DNA of 64,000 bases, from the NCBI GenBank assembly GCA_000091205.1, contig AP006490.2; one strand, given 5' to 3'. Shown here piece by piece: positions 54,971 to 64,000 of this stretch. The notes under the pieces were generated by a model. The model saw only the letters and a program-made list of their open reading frames with translations. It did no database searches and was not told the origin of the DNA. Made by a program: the position numbers and the translations under genes. The stretch comes from Cyanidioschyzon merolae. Taxonomy: Eukaryota. Numbering within the stretch: position 1 is the first letter of the stretch; every line of letters begins with the position of its first letter.

Positions 54971-57900
54971 TTGCTAGCCACACATGCGTCAGAGCTTGTA
55001 TTCGAAAGCGTTTGGGTTTCAGAAGGAACTTGCTCATTGAAGCTCCACGCTCATCTGAAGATGGAAAGCAGCGAATTGGCGGACTCTGAACCCAGTGCAC
55101 AACAAGACGGCGTCGCTGCGAGCGACAGCCCAGCGTCTACCGATGGCACTCATGAGCCTCGGAGCGGCAAGTCTTCTGAACACGAAGCCCACAACTTTCC
55201 CAGAACGGGCAGCATCATGGAAGTAGAACTTGAGTTTGATTACATCGAACATCTCTTAGAAGAGAAACTGCACCGAATCTTGGAAAAACTCTGGGAGCAA
55301 CGGCGAGTTGAGCGTTCGCTCGTGACCGCTGCCACAGCACGACTCTTTGCAGCTCAAACACTTCGCAGGGTGAAGTTGGAGATTCGCGATGCGCACGGAA
55401 GCCTGCTGGGGTCTACCTCATACGTCGACTACGACAAGCAGTCTAACAAGGTACAGTTTCGTCGGCAAAAGGTGAAGTTTTTCGTGCACATCGCAGACAA
55501 GCCTACCGCTAGAGACCTCATCCGCGTGAACGTCATTGGCCGAACAACGCCGCTGAAAAGGTATTCATCGTATGTGCTGCCAATCCCGCCAGCGCTGGCG
55601 AAGCAAGCAGCAGCTAGTGAGCATGCTACCTTGGAGCACCAATCGCTTGCGGTTCGAGAGCAATACTTTGCGAGCTTGCCTGTGGATGAGAGCGCTGCCT
55701 TATCTCCAGTGCCTTTCCCCAGCAAGCTTCTTCTGGAGCATTCCAAGCGAAAACCCACGTCAAGCGCAGTGCACCAAGACGCGACACGTGGCGCATCCAC
55801 TGTGGATACTGAAGACGAGCCAGAGGCGCTGCCGAACACGCAAAATAGCACTGAGGCATCACCGCCGACGGATGCTGCTGTTGCTTCTTCCCATCATAGC
55901 TTACATTCGACTAGGATCCATTTAGGTCACTGCAGCCTGGAGCTGCATCGCCTGTGGGCACACCAGGGTAATGCGGTGTACCACGCCCTCCATGCAGCGG
56001 GGCGTCACGCACGTTTGTTGCTGCGTCGTCAGGTGCACCTGTTGCCGTTCTGCTCGCTATCATTGGCGGCACGACTCCCGACCTTCCCGCACGGCAGCTA
56101 CTCTATAAGGATTCATGTCCATGATGTATCGATCTTTCAGTCAGGTCCGAAGGCTTTCACATCTATGAATCCAGTCGTTCACGTGTACGCTCTGGGCGAT
56201 ACCCAGCACACGCAGGTGTGTCGCTGGTCATTCACTGCAATCTTCGACCGAATGTTGTTCTTCAGCAAGACGCTGGGTCAAGAGCAGATCCGCGATGAAG
56301 TGATCACACTGGCTGTGTGGAACTGGAACTTTTGGCGACCTTCGCAGCTTATCGGCTCCTATAGCTTTGATTTCTTAGCCTTGTGGAACCAGAAAGATCA
56401 CTGTTTCAGAGAGCGGTGGCTTCCTCTCACCAATACGACTGGCAATGAGGACGATCTTGTTGGTTATATTCGCATCTCTGCTGTTGTCTACGGACCAGGT
56501 ATCATGCCGGTTGCAGAGCACTCGACACACGCAGCACGTACAACTGCAGCCGCTCCTCGTTTGCTCAAGAATCTGGTCATTCAGCGCCCGAGCTTATTGA
56601 TAGAGCGCTGGAGACTGTATATTGCGATTCTGGGTATCGAGCTGGCGCCATCGACGCCAGAGGCGGCTCTCAATGCCTCAGAGGCATCGCATACGCCAGC
56701 TGGCACCAACGAGAAAAGCTCCAAGCTGACGAGACATCGGGCGAGCCAAGCACGCCTCCTATCGAGAAGGTCAGAGGCCGGGGAGTCCAATGGGAAGCAA
56801 GTATACTGTGAAATTGTTTTTGCGGGACGCGAGAAAAAAGCCGTTATCGCGTCCGAAGTTGTGCGCGTTGGGTTCGGCAAGGAAACGAGTTTGTCCATGG
56901 GATTCTGTCTCCCGATCTCGCTTACCAATCACGAGGAGGCCAATTTTGAGGACATCTTACTGCGGCTGCGAGAATCTCCCAGCAGTCGCCTCATAGCGGA
57001 TGTTCATTTGCCCTTGAGCGGCTTGCTGCAGCGGGGATGTACCGCAAGCATCCAGTATCGCGATCAAACGCAGCTGAGTCTAACTGCAGATACAGAGATG
57101 CACCATCACCGCACAAGTGCCGCGAGTTCGCACTTGGGTCATCGCACCCACGGCGAATCCACGACCAAGCTGGAGCGTTTGTTCCGTATCGTGCATTGGC
57201 TGGAGCAACTTGTCCACAGTCACCTGCTCCACCAGCACAAGCAACACGGCCACATCCGCGAGCGTCGAGTGTTTGAGATGCGGCCGCACTACATCCATCT
57301 GAATGCGTCTCCCACGAAGTATGTGGGGAGAATTCTGCTCGCTGCCCGAATGTGGCCGCATTCGCCCCATTGCAAAGCGATCCCGCTGTGGTACCAGCGG
57401 CTGAACTGGGCTGAGCTGTTCACGGCCAGTCAGCGGGCCCCGCATCGTCTCCAGTACACGCTGTATGTGAGACTGCAGCGCATCACAGAGCTCCCACTGC
57501 CGGATTCCAGCTTGGTTCGGGTGTACCTGAAGATCGGCGACCGCCTCATTGCCCAGACTGACTTGGCTCCGGTGCATCATCACAGTGCGGTGACGGGGGC
57601 GCTGCTTCCGGTACCACCGGTTCAGTCGGTGACGAACCAAAAGACGCAGGCCATGAAGCTGGAAGTAGAGCAGGACCTGCGAAATATTCCAGACTTGTTT
57701 CTGCAAGTATTCTATCGGATGGGGCACGATGCCCCAGAACGATATTTTTCGCTGTTGCGGCTGCCAGCGTCGCTGCTTCACGCTCTGCCGGATGACGGCC
57801 TGTGTCGATCCTGGCTCATGGATATGCCTGTGACGGAAACGGAGGGCACTGATGTGTCCGTTGCCGGCACCGCGTATCTCTATATCTGTTTGCGGCACCA

Positions 57901-60900
57901 GGGGGATGCGCACGCTCCGACCAAAGTCACCCGAGAGCCATCCAGGTCGCGTCATTCAGGGACCAGAGAGGTGTCGTCAACGGGACCTGTGGACGGACAC
58001 AATATCTCAGCAGATACTTACTGGGTTGAGTGCAATATTCTTCGCTGCCGAAATTTACCGGCAGCGGACCCTACCGGCTTCTCGGATCCTTTTCTAGTTG
58101 TGCGCTTTGGGGCGGCGCGAGCGTTTGGCACCCGTCTCTGTCACCAGACTTGTGATCCGAGCTTTCAGGAACGACTGCTGGTGGGTCCTGTGCAGCTCAG
58201 CCGCTTCGAAGCGCTACCACCGGTGTCCGTCAAAGTCTTCGATTGGGACGATGACCCAGCCGCGTTTGATCCTAGAAAACTTGATAAGGCGGAATATCTC
58301 TGTCGTGCTGAGGTGGATCTCACAGCGTTGGACGCTTCGGAACCCACCTGGTTTGACATGTTCATCACGAACCCCTTGATTGTACATGGCGGTATGCTGG
58401 CAAGCTTCAGGCTGCTAAATTCGAGCCTAGCGAGTCCGAGCGCGCTCGAGACACGAGTTCTGCGGGATCCGCACATCCATTTGCGAGCGCATGTAGATAC
58501 TCCGACGCAGGCGCTTACATCAGGTAACAACCCGCAGTCGCCAGACCAACGAGACGGGGATATGGCGGTGCAGCGGCCGCCGCTGACGATTACACCAAAA
58601 CCTGCCGACCTGCAGTCGCAACCTAGTCGCGGACCCGCTGCCTCGTATTGGATGCTCGTGGGTCTTGTGTCCATTCACCATCTGGGTCTGGGCTGCTTTG
58701 GTCTCGATCCGAGCCGAGACTCACTCAGTTTGCGAATGTTTCTCAACTTTCGTGATGGAATGCAACGAAGCGAGCCGATCCACCTGAGTGCTGGCAGCAG
58801 CGGCAGTCTGGGCGCAGACCAGAACCATATAGGGGATGTTGTGATCCTGCGGTTGCCCCCTGATATTGGTGATCTTTCCTCACTGCATATTATACTCGAG
58901 AGCCGAGATGGTGAGCGCTTCTACGCGAGCGCGAACATCACTCCAGAGGAATTTGCAAAAAAGCATCTACTCGTCGGCGGCCTCCAGCAGTACGGCCTAG
59001 AGTATCTGGAGCAGAGGGTGCTCATGCGGCGTGCGAAACGTCAGCACGGGCCGCTTGCGGGTATGCAAGAGGCCTTGGAAACTGCCAGCAATGGAGCGCC
59101 TCAACGAAGCGGTTTCGATCTGAGCAGCTTTCGCCGACAACTCAAGCAAGTCTGGCAGCACGACGTGCGCGCATCGGGACTGGCGCTATGGGCAGCGCTT
59201 GTGAATTACCTCGTGGAGATTGCTCCTGAGATTGCACTGCGATTTGGACTGGAGGAGATGGAATTTCCGTCATCGCGCCTGACGCCGTGGCTTCTCCGTT
59301 TCTTTCGCCTCTTGCACCACCGGGGCCTCGTGACGGCCCTAGAGCATTACGAGAGATCCGTCATTGGTGGGCGCTCTAAGGGCCCCGAAAGGCCAGACCA
59401 CGCTGTTTCAGACAAGTCGGACGCACACGGCGTTCACTCGGTCTCCGATGAGCTCGAGCGAAGCCTTGAACCGCATGCCCAGTTCAGCGAGGCCCTTCTC
59501 CGACATGGCCTCGTTCGCCGCAAGAGGCGCCGGGTCAACCTGACTGCTACTGGCGAGCGCGGAATGCTTACCGGAATCAAGAAGATGCGCTTACCGCAGA
59601 TTCGGCCGAGTTTCCGAGCGGAGCCGTCGCGGAAGCCGCGGCATGCTCCGAGCACAATACATCCAGAGGCCGCCGCACTCGAACAAACAGCACCTGCTCC
59701 ATGCAGCGTCCTTGCAGCGGAAACGCCGAACTCTCCCGCCACCGAAGATGCTGAAGTTGTCGCGGAGGAGCGTTCCTTGTCAGGGGCTCAAGCGGGTCCC
59801 ACTGCGGGTACGGTAACCAGACGGTCATCGTCGACAGCGGTGTGCGCGGCTGTAAGCCCGGTGCGAAGACGCCTCCGAAGCGGCTCAGGGCATGAACGTC
59901 GAGGTGCGAGACCTCTGAGGCGAGGTCGCGTCTCCGGCCGTGCAACCGCCTCGATGCTATATCGTAGAGATGAAACCGAGCGCCGACTCAGTCTCTTGCA
60001 CCACGAGTCGAGGCGTTACAATGACCCGGTTCCGGTGGGCAAGCTGGCCCTCGACTGGCGCATCGTGCGAACCGGATACGCTGCAGTCGCTGCTGACACG
60101 AACGTGGTGACGGCACTGCAGCGCGTCGAGGATGTTTCCGATCTGGAAGCATACGCGGCAGCGTTTCGAGAGCAAATGCGACGCCGCTACGTCGAACGGA
60201 ACGACGTGGTGGTGCGCTTGCATGTATATCATGCACGCGGCCTTAGAGTACCCAGCGGAGATCCAAACATCTACCTCAAAGTGGAGCTCAACGGCGGCGA
60301 GAAGACCCTATCGACGAAGCGATCACCGGTTCGGCACTCTTTGAACCCGGACATATTCCAGTCGTTCGAGTTCACCAATGTGCGCCTGCCTGGCTCTCGC
60401 CTCACGATCCGAGTGAAGCACTTTGCCGGTCCGGACTTTGAGGTACCGAATGCCGCAGCGCTGGTGCCCAGGTATGCGACCTGGACGTTTGGCCCATTTG
60501 TCCACCGTGCGATGAGCAGGGACGTGCGCGTGGACTTGGTGCGGGCGGGAATCGGACGCGCCCTGCTCCTCGGCGAGACAGAGATCGACCTGGACCAGCG
60601 TTGGTACACGGACTTGCCGCCGTTATCTCGTCTGGAATCGCCAATGGAGACGCGGCGTCTGTTTGTGCCAGACCGTGTCATACCCCGTGGCGAGCTGACG
60701 CTACGACTTGAGCTGCTCAGCGCTGAAGAGGCAGCGAATAGACCGTTTCGTCCACTGGAACCGCTCGATCCGCACCAATACGAGCTGCGGCTGGTCATAT
60801 GGCGCGTCATAGGTTGCAAACTGGAGAGGGTCTCGGAGCCAGTCCATGGCGGCGATGTCGATGGAGCTGCGGACGGTGGGCGCACCAGGGGAACGACCGC

Positions 60901-61651
60901 GTCAGCAGCGGTCGGCACGACTCCAAGTGGCAACGCCAACGCGTCTGTGCCGTTGCAGGACCTCCAGGTGCGAGCGCAGCTCGGAAACGACACCTCTTCC
61001 GAGATTCATACCTCTGTTGTCCATAATTGCGACGATGGGTCTGCGAATTTCAATTACCGCCTCGTGTGGCGCCCGCTGCACTGGCCGGATCCAGAGCTGG
61101 TGCCACGGCTGCGACTGCACGTCTGGGACGTCCACAGTCCGTCGGGCTTCCCGCTCGTTGGTCAACTGGCGCCATCTGATCCGCAGCTGTTAGCGACTGT
61201 CACTTTAGACCTTTCTTCCATTTTCGAGGAGGCCCATCGGAACAACGGGCGAGCGCAGCGCTTCCGCCAGTGGATTATGATGCATCGAGTGGGCTCCGGG
61301 CCGGTCGCCGCATCGCCGCGCATACAGGTCTCGCTCGACCTGCTCAGCAAAGAGCAGGCCATGCAGCATCGGGCAGGCTCGCAAGTCGGTCAGAGTGGCC
61401 TCCCGGAACCGCTGCAACCGGTGCCATTTTCAGCCTTTGCGCCTCAGAGGTACATCCGCTACCGCATTGCTCGGCAGTGGCAGGATGGATTCTGGTATTT
61501 CGTGCAGGCGGTCTTGCTGGTGCCTGGCGGCATCGCTGTGCTCAAAATCCTTGCAGCGCTGCCGCTGCTGCTGTACATTGCCGGTGCGATTGTTGGGATT
61601 TTCCTGGTCTTGCGTATGCGTCGAGTCGAGCAAGAGCTCGAGGCCATGTAA
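54971..61651 (+). CDS. ferlin-like giant multi-C2-domain protein with C-terminal transmembrane anchor
   Basis: The ORF is 2226 aa. There are at least four C2-type beta-sandwich segments. The clearest is YWVECNILRCRNLPAADPTGFSDPFLVVRFGAARAFGTRLCHQTCDPSFQERLLVGPV...VSVKVFDWDDDPAAFDPRKLDKAEYLCRAEVDL. Others are VVVRLHVYHARGLRVPSGDPNIYLKVELNGGEKTLSTKRSPVRHSLNPDIFQSFEF..., YELRLVIWRVIGC...PRLRLHVWDVHSPSGFPLVGQ..., and an N-terminal ...WNWNFWRPSQLIGSYSFDF.... A single TM lies at the extreme C-terminus (FWYFVQAVLLVPGGIAVLKILAALPLLLYIAGAIVGIFLVL). Several C2 domains plus a C-terminal tail anchor is the ferlin architecture. FerA/B and DysF motifs were not confirmed. Confidence 0.5.
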   Translation: MLATHASELVFESVWVSEGTCSLKLHAHLKMESSELADSEPSAQQDGVAASDSPASTDGTHEPRSGKSSEHEAHNFPRTGSIMEVELEFDYIEHLLEEKLHRILEKLWEQRRVERSLVTAATARLFAAQTLRRVKLEIRDAHGSLLGSTSYVDYDKQSNKVQFRRQKVKFFVHIADKPTARDLIRVNVIGRTTPLKRYSSYVLPIPPALAKQAAASEHATLEHQSLAVREQYFASLPVDESAALSPVPFPSKLLLEHSKRKPTSSAVHQDATRGASTVDTEDEPEALPNTQNSTEASPPTDAAVASSHHSLHSTRIHLGHCSLELHRLWAHQGNAVYHALHAAGRHARLLLRRQVHLLPFCSLSLAARLPTFPHGSYSIRIHVHDVSIFQSGPKAFTSMNPVVHVYALGDTQHTQVCRWSFTAIFDRMLFFSKTLGQEQIRDEVITLAVWNWNFWRPSQLIGSYSFDFLALWNQKDHCFRERWLPLTNTTGNEDDLVGYIRISAVVYGPGIMPVAEHSTHAARTTAAAPRLLKNLVIQRPSLLIERWRLYIAILGIELAPSTPEAALNASEASHTPAGTNEKSSKLTRHRASQARLLSRRSEAGESNGKQVYCEIVFAGREKKAVIASEVVRVGFGKETSLSMGFCLPISLTNHEEANFEDILLRLRESPSSRLIADVHLPLSGLLQRGCTASIQYRDQTQLSLTADTEMHHHRTSAASSHLGHRTHGESTTKLERLFRIVHWLEQLVHSHLLHQHKQHGHIRERRVFEMRPHYIHLNASPTKYVGRILLAARMWPHSPHCKAIPLWYQRLNWAELFTASQRAPHRLQYTLYVRLQRITELPLPDSSLVRVYLKIGDRLIAQTDLAPVHHHSAVTGALLPVPPVQSVTNQKTQAMKLEVEQDLRNIPDLFLQVFYRMGHDAPERYFSLLRLPASLLHALPDDGLCRSWLMDMPVTETEGTDVSVAGTAYLYICLRHQGDAHAPTKVTREPSRSRHSGTREVSSTGPVDGHNISADTYWVECNILRCRNLPAADPTGFSDPFLVVRFGAARAFGTRLCHQTCDPSFQERLLVGPVQLSRFEALPPVSVKVFDWDDDPAAFDPRKLDKAEYLCRAEVDLTALDASEPTWFDMFITNPLIVHGGMLASFRLLNSSLASPSALETRVLRDPHIHLRAHVDTPTQALTSGNNPQSPDQRDGDMAVQRPPLTITPKPADLQSQPSRGPAASYWMLVGLVSIHHLGLGCFGLDPSRDSLSLRMFLNFRDGMQRSEPIHLSAGSSGSLGADQNHIGDVVILRLPPDIGDLSSLHIILESRDGERFYASANITPEEFAKKHLLVGGLQQYGLEYLEQRVLMRRAKRQHGPLAGMQEALETASNGAPQRSGFDLSSFRRQLKQVWQHDVRASGLALWAALVNYLVEIAPEIALRFGLEEMEFPSSRLTPWLLRFFRLLHHRGLVTALEHYERSVIGGRSKGPERPDHAVSDKSDAHGVHSVSDELERSLEPHAQFSEALLRHGLVRRKRRRVNLTATGERGMLTGIKKMRLPQIRPSFRAEPSRKPRHAPSTIHPEAAALEQTAPAPCSVLAAETPNSPATEDAEVVAEERSLSGAQAGPTAGTVTRRSSSTAVCAAVSPVRRRLRSGSGHERRGARPLRRGRVSGRATASMLYRRDETERRLSLLHHESRRYNDPVPVGKLALDWRIVRTGYAAVAADTNVVTALQRVEDVSDLEAYAAAFREQMRRRYVERNDVVVRLHVYHARGLRVPSGDPNIYLKVELNGGEKTLSTKRSPVRHSLNPDIFQSFEFTNVRLPGSRLTIRVKHFAGPDFEVPNAAALVPRYATWTFGPFVHRAMSRDVRVDLVRAGIGRALLLGETEIDLDQRWYTDLPPLSRLESPMETRRLFVPDRVIPRGELTLRLELLSAEEAANRPFRPLEPLDPHQYELRLVIWRVIGCKLERVSEPVHGGDVDGAADGGRTRGTTASAAVGTTPSGNANASVPLQDLQVRAQLGNDTSSEIHTSVVHNCDDGSANFNYRLVWRPLHWPDPELVPRLRLHVWDVHSPSGFPLVGQLAPSDPQLLATVTLDLSSIFEEAHRNNGRAQRFRQWIMMHRVGSGPVAASPRIQVSLDLLSKEQAMQHRAGSQVGQSGLPEPLQPVPFSAFAPQRYIRYRIARQWQDGFWYFVQAVLLVPGGIAVLKILAALPLLLYIAGAIVGIFLVLRMRRVEQELEAM

Positions 61652-62026
61652 AGCGTGCTATGTCGCAAACACCATCACTGTTATCACCAGCGGCTACGGC
61701 AGCAGCCGGCCTTCTTATACGAGTCTAAGACGCAACGGCTGCGTTGCCAGCGGATTGATATGATCCGGCTACTGGGAGAGCCTGCTACCCACGCAGCGGA
61801 GCGCTTGTTGCGAGAATCTGCATGCTTGGGCGGTACTGTCCCACGCAGCCATGTACACCAGCATCTCTACTACAACTACTTCTGATACTACGACTGCTGA
61901 GAAAGAGACCAGCGGATTCTTACTGCCTGTCCTTGTAACGACAAATGCCTGCTAGCGTTCACCATTTGCCGCCATCGCATCCATGCGTGCTGCTGTGCAC
62001 GCATCTACAGAGGCACGCATCGCTTA

Positions 62027-62259
62027 ATATCTATGCACGCATATCCCGAATCATGAATAAAGTGCTGTGCTGTCTATCTATGCACGCATATCCCGAATCA
62101 TGAATAAAGTGCTGTGCTGTCTATCTATGCACGCATATCCGAATCTTGAATAAAGTGCTGTGCTGTCTATCTATGTATGTATATCCCGAATCATGAATAA
62201 AGTGCTGTGCTGTCTATCTATGCACGCATATCCCGAATCATGAATAAAGTGCTGTGCTG
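62027..62259. repeat. 47-bp minisatellite, about 5 tandem units
   Basis: The unit ctatctatgcacgcatatcccgaatcatgaataaagtgctgtgctgt repeats with period 47 (atatcccg recurs at 62041 and 62088). Units 3 and 4 carry point changes or a 1-bp deletion. Each unit contains AATAAA. Confidence 0.9.
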
Positions 62260-62713
62260 GTGGCGGAGCGCGAAAGCGGCATCCGGCATGAATCACCCAC
62301 CATAGCGCCGCATTGATGCGGGTCTACAGCACGCGAGCGCTCTGTCAAAGCGCGCAACTGAACTCGTTGAATGCCGCCGCGTCTGCGATACGCTGCGATC
62401 CACAGAACGTCTCTACTGACCATGGATTCCCGGATTGCGCACTGGCGATCGGTTTGTCAAGCCATCTGCGCTGCTACGTGTCCGTGTGGCAATCGCAGCA
62501 TGGCGCAATCGGCGCGTCGCATTGCGGGTCGTGTACCGAGCGTTGGGCGCGCGATGCAAGCCGCAGCGCTTGCGGTTCATCCATCGCTGCCTGGGGCGGG
62601 GCGAGTCTCGAGCGGAGACTAGTGCTCCGCGGAAGTGCGGGTTTTCTCAGGCGCTTTGTTCATGGGTACAAGGCGTGTTTCCATTGACTGGCACGTCACG
62701 CACTGAAGTCCAC

Positions 62714-64000
62714 ATGTCGTATGGAGGACACGAAAGCTCTCTGCAGAAGAGGGCGTGGTCTGCTAGAACGCGCTCGACGCCGACTGCAGACGGGGCGAGC
62801 ACCTCTGCCTCCGCTGGTGCGCGTCAGCGGAAGCCGCTGCTGGAGCTCCTAACCACCGATATTTTACGCACGTACCGACGAGTATCTTCCGTATTCGAGT
62901 ACGATCCGAAGCTGAATCCTCGAAGAACTTTGACGAGGCCAGACCAGCCGCGGTTTAACAACGGCTACGATAATGAGAATCACGACTTCATTCTCCGTGT
63001 GCATGATGCTATTCGCTCCCCGAACGGGGACGTTTACGAAGTGCTGGACCTGCTTGGTGTGGGCACTTTTGGACAGGTAGTGAAATGCTTAGAACTGGGC
63101 AGCAGCCGGACGGTGGCTCTCAAGGTGGTGAAAAACCAAGAGGCATACCTGCGACAGGCCCTCATGGAAGTCTACGTGTTGCAGATGCTCCATCGCACTT
63201 TTCCTGCGGAACGCGTCCGCCACGTGGTTAAGTTACTGCAGCACTTTCAGTTTCACCATCATCTATGCCTCGTCTTGGAGAAGCTGGGAATGTCCTTGTT
63301 TGATCTTTTGAAACAGAATCGATTTCGAGGCTTGGGCCTCCTCATTGTTCGTTCCGTGCTGCAGCAGTTGCTTCCGACGTTGGATCTGCTCGCGCAAGCG
63401 GGAATCATCCACTGCGATTTGAAGCCTGAGAACCTGCTCCTCTGCCGAAACGATGGTGTGGAGGTGAAACTCATCGACTTTGGCTCGGCGTGCCAGGAAA
63501 ATCACGTCATATATTCGTACGTCCAGTCGCGTTTCTATCGCTCACCCGAGGTGATCCTGGGACTGCCCTACGGAACGAAGATCGATATTTGGTCTCTGGG
63601 CTGTATCGTTGGGGAACTGTTTTTGGGTTTGCCACTGTTTCCGGGCCACGACGACGAAAACATGATTCAGCGAATGGTGGACATGCTTGGTATGCCGCCG
63701 GCGTGGATGATTCAAAGCGGCAAGCAGAGCCATCGCTTCTTTCACAACGGGCATCTTCGCGGTCTGACTTCGGACGCGCTGACAGGGCAGGGGCCTGTAC
63801 CCTGGAAACAGTACTTTAAGCACCGGAAACTGGAGGATATCATTGTGAAGAGCCCCATGAAACCAAACACGGATGAGCGCGAGGAACTGGCACAGCGGCG
63901 CGCACTGCTCAGCCTCTTGCGCGGAATGTTGGAGTGGGATCCTGGTCGGCGTTGGACGAGCACCGAATGCATGCTGCATCCGTTTCTGAGTGGACGCGGC
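62714..64000 (+). CDS. DYRK-family dual-specificity protein kinase (5' part; CDS continues beyond window end)
   Basis: The ORF is open from ATG 62714 to the last base and is not in the supplied track because it has no stop. Translation gives YEVLDLLGVGTFGQVVKC...VALKVVKN...HHLCLVLEKLGMSLFDLL...IIHCDLKPENLLLC...VKLIDFGSACQENHVIYSYVQSRFYRSPEVILGLPYGTKIDIWSLGCIVGELFLGLPLFPG.... This is a close match to the DYRK subfamily, including the activation-loop Y-x-Y (here YSY) and the SRFYRSPEV motif. Confidence 0.85.
   Translation, partial: MSYGGHESSLQKRAWSARTRSTPTADGASTSASAGARQRKPLLELLTTDILRTYRRVSSVFEYDPKLNPRRTLTRPDQPRFNNGYDNENHDFILRVHDAIRSPNGDVYEVLDLLGVGTFGQVVKCLELGSSRTVALKVVKNQEAYLRQALMEVYVLQMLHRTFPAERVRHVVKLLQHFQFHHHLCLVLEKLGMSLFDLLKQNRFRGLGLLIVRSVLQQLLPTLDLLAQAGIIHCDLKPENLLLCRNDGVEVKLIDFGSACQENHVIYSYVQSRFYRSPEVILGLPYGTKIDIWSLGCIVGELFLGLPLFPGHDDENMIQRMVDMLGMPPAWMIQSGKQSHRFFHNGHLRGLTSDALTGQGPVPWKQYFKHRKLEDIIVKSPMKPNTDEREELAQRRALLSLLRGMLEWDPGRRWTSTECMLHPFLSGRG

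Noticed and set aside
62027-62259. Possible CRISPR array (regular direct repeats)
   Set aside because: The units are contiguous 47-bp tandem copies with no unique spacers between them. The context is eukaryotic with no cas genes. It is a minisatellite.
1-64000. Prokaryotic or organellar origin of the window
   Set aside because: The window contains eukaryote-specific cytosolic RPS14, DYRK kinase, TALE homeodomain, ferlin-like and MLF genes. There is no operon-like packing or Shine-Dalgarno spacing, there are long GC-rich intergenic regions, and there are eukaryotic-type transposon remnants. The window is nuclear DNA.

Overview
This window looks like eukaryotic nuclear DNA, with a GC content I estimate by eye at about 52-55%. 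It holds roughly 16 single-exon protein-coding genes on both strands: XPF/ERCC4 nuclease, cysteine synthase, a PHO80-like cyclin, a class-I glutamine amidotransferase, a CbbY-like HAD hydrolase, an NTF2+RRM (G3BP-like) protein, an MLF-family protein, ribosomal protein S14, a CSP41-like SDR, a TALE homeobox protein, a CbiX/SirB-like chelatase, PPi-dependent phosphofructokinase, a ~2200-aa ferlin-like multi-C2 protein and a DYRK kinase that runs off the 3' end of the window. The CSP41-like, CbbY-like and SirB-like proteins carry N-terminal extensions, two of them beginning MF. Together with the near-absence of introns, this suggests an intron-poor alga with a primary plastid, possibly a red alga; this is inference and no species is assigned. 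The main non-genic content is transposon debris of the TnpB/Fanzor (OMEGA RuvC-nuclease) type. Family 1 has four decayed copies carrying recognisable RuvC-I/II/III and zinc-finger motifs. Family 2 has five copies that retain only the C-terminal end of a TnpB-like ORF plus a conserved ~170-bp non-coding 3' module, which is a candidate omega-RNA scaffold or right end, and all five sit on the minus strand. Two further low-copy dispersed repeats, several microsatellites and a 47-bp minisatellite are present. I found no rRNA, tRNA or CRISPR array. All similarity statements come from reading the six-frame translations and sequence by eye; no alignments or database searches were run.
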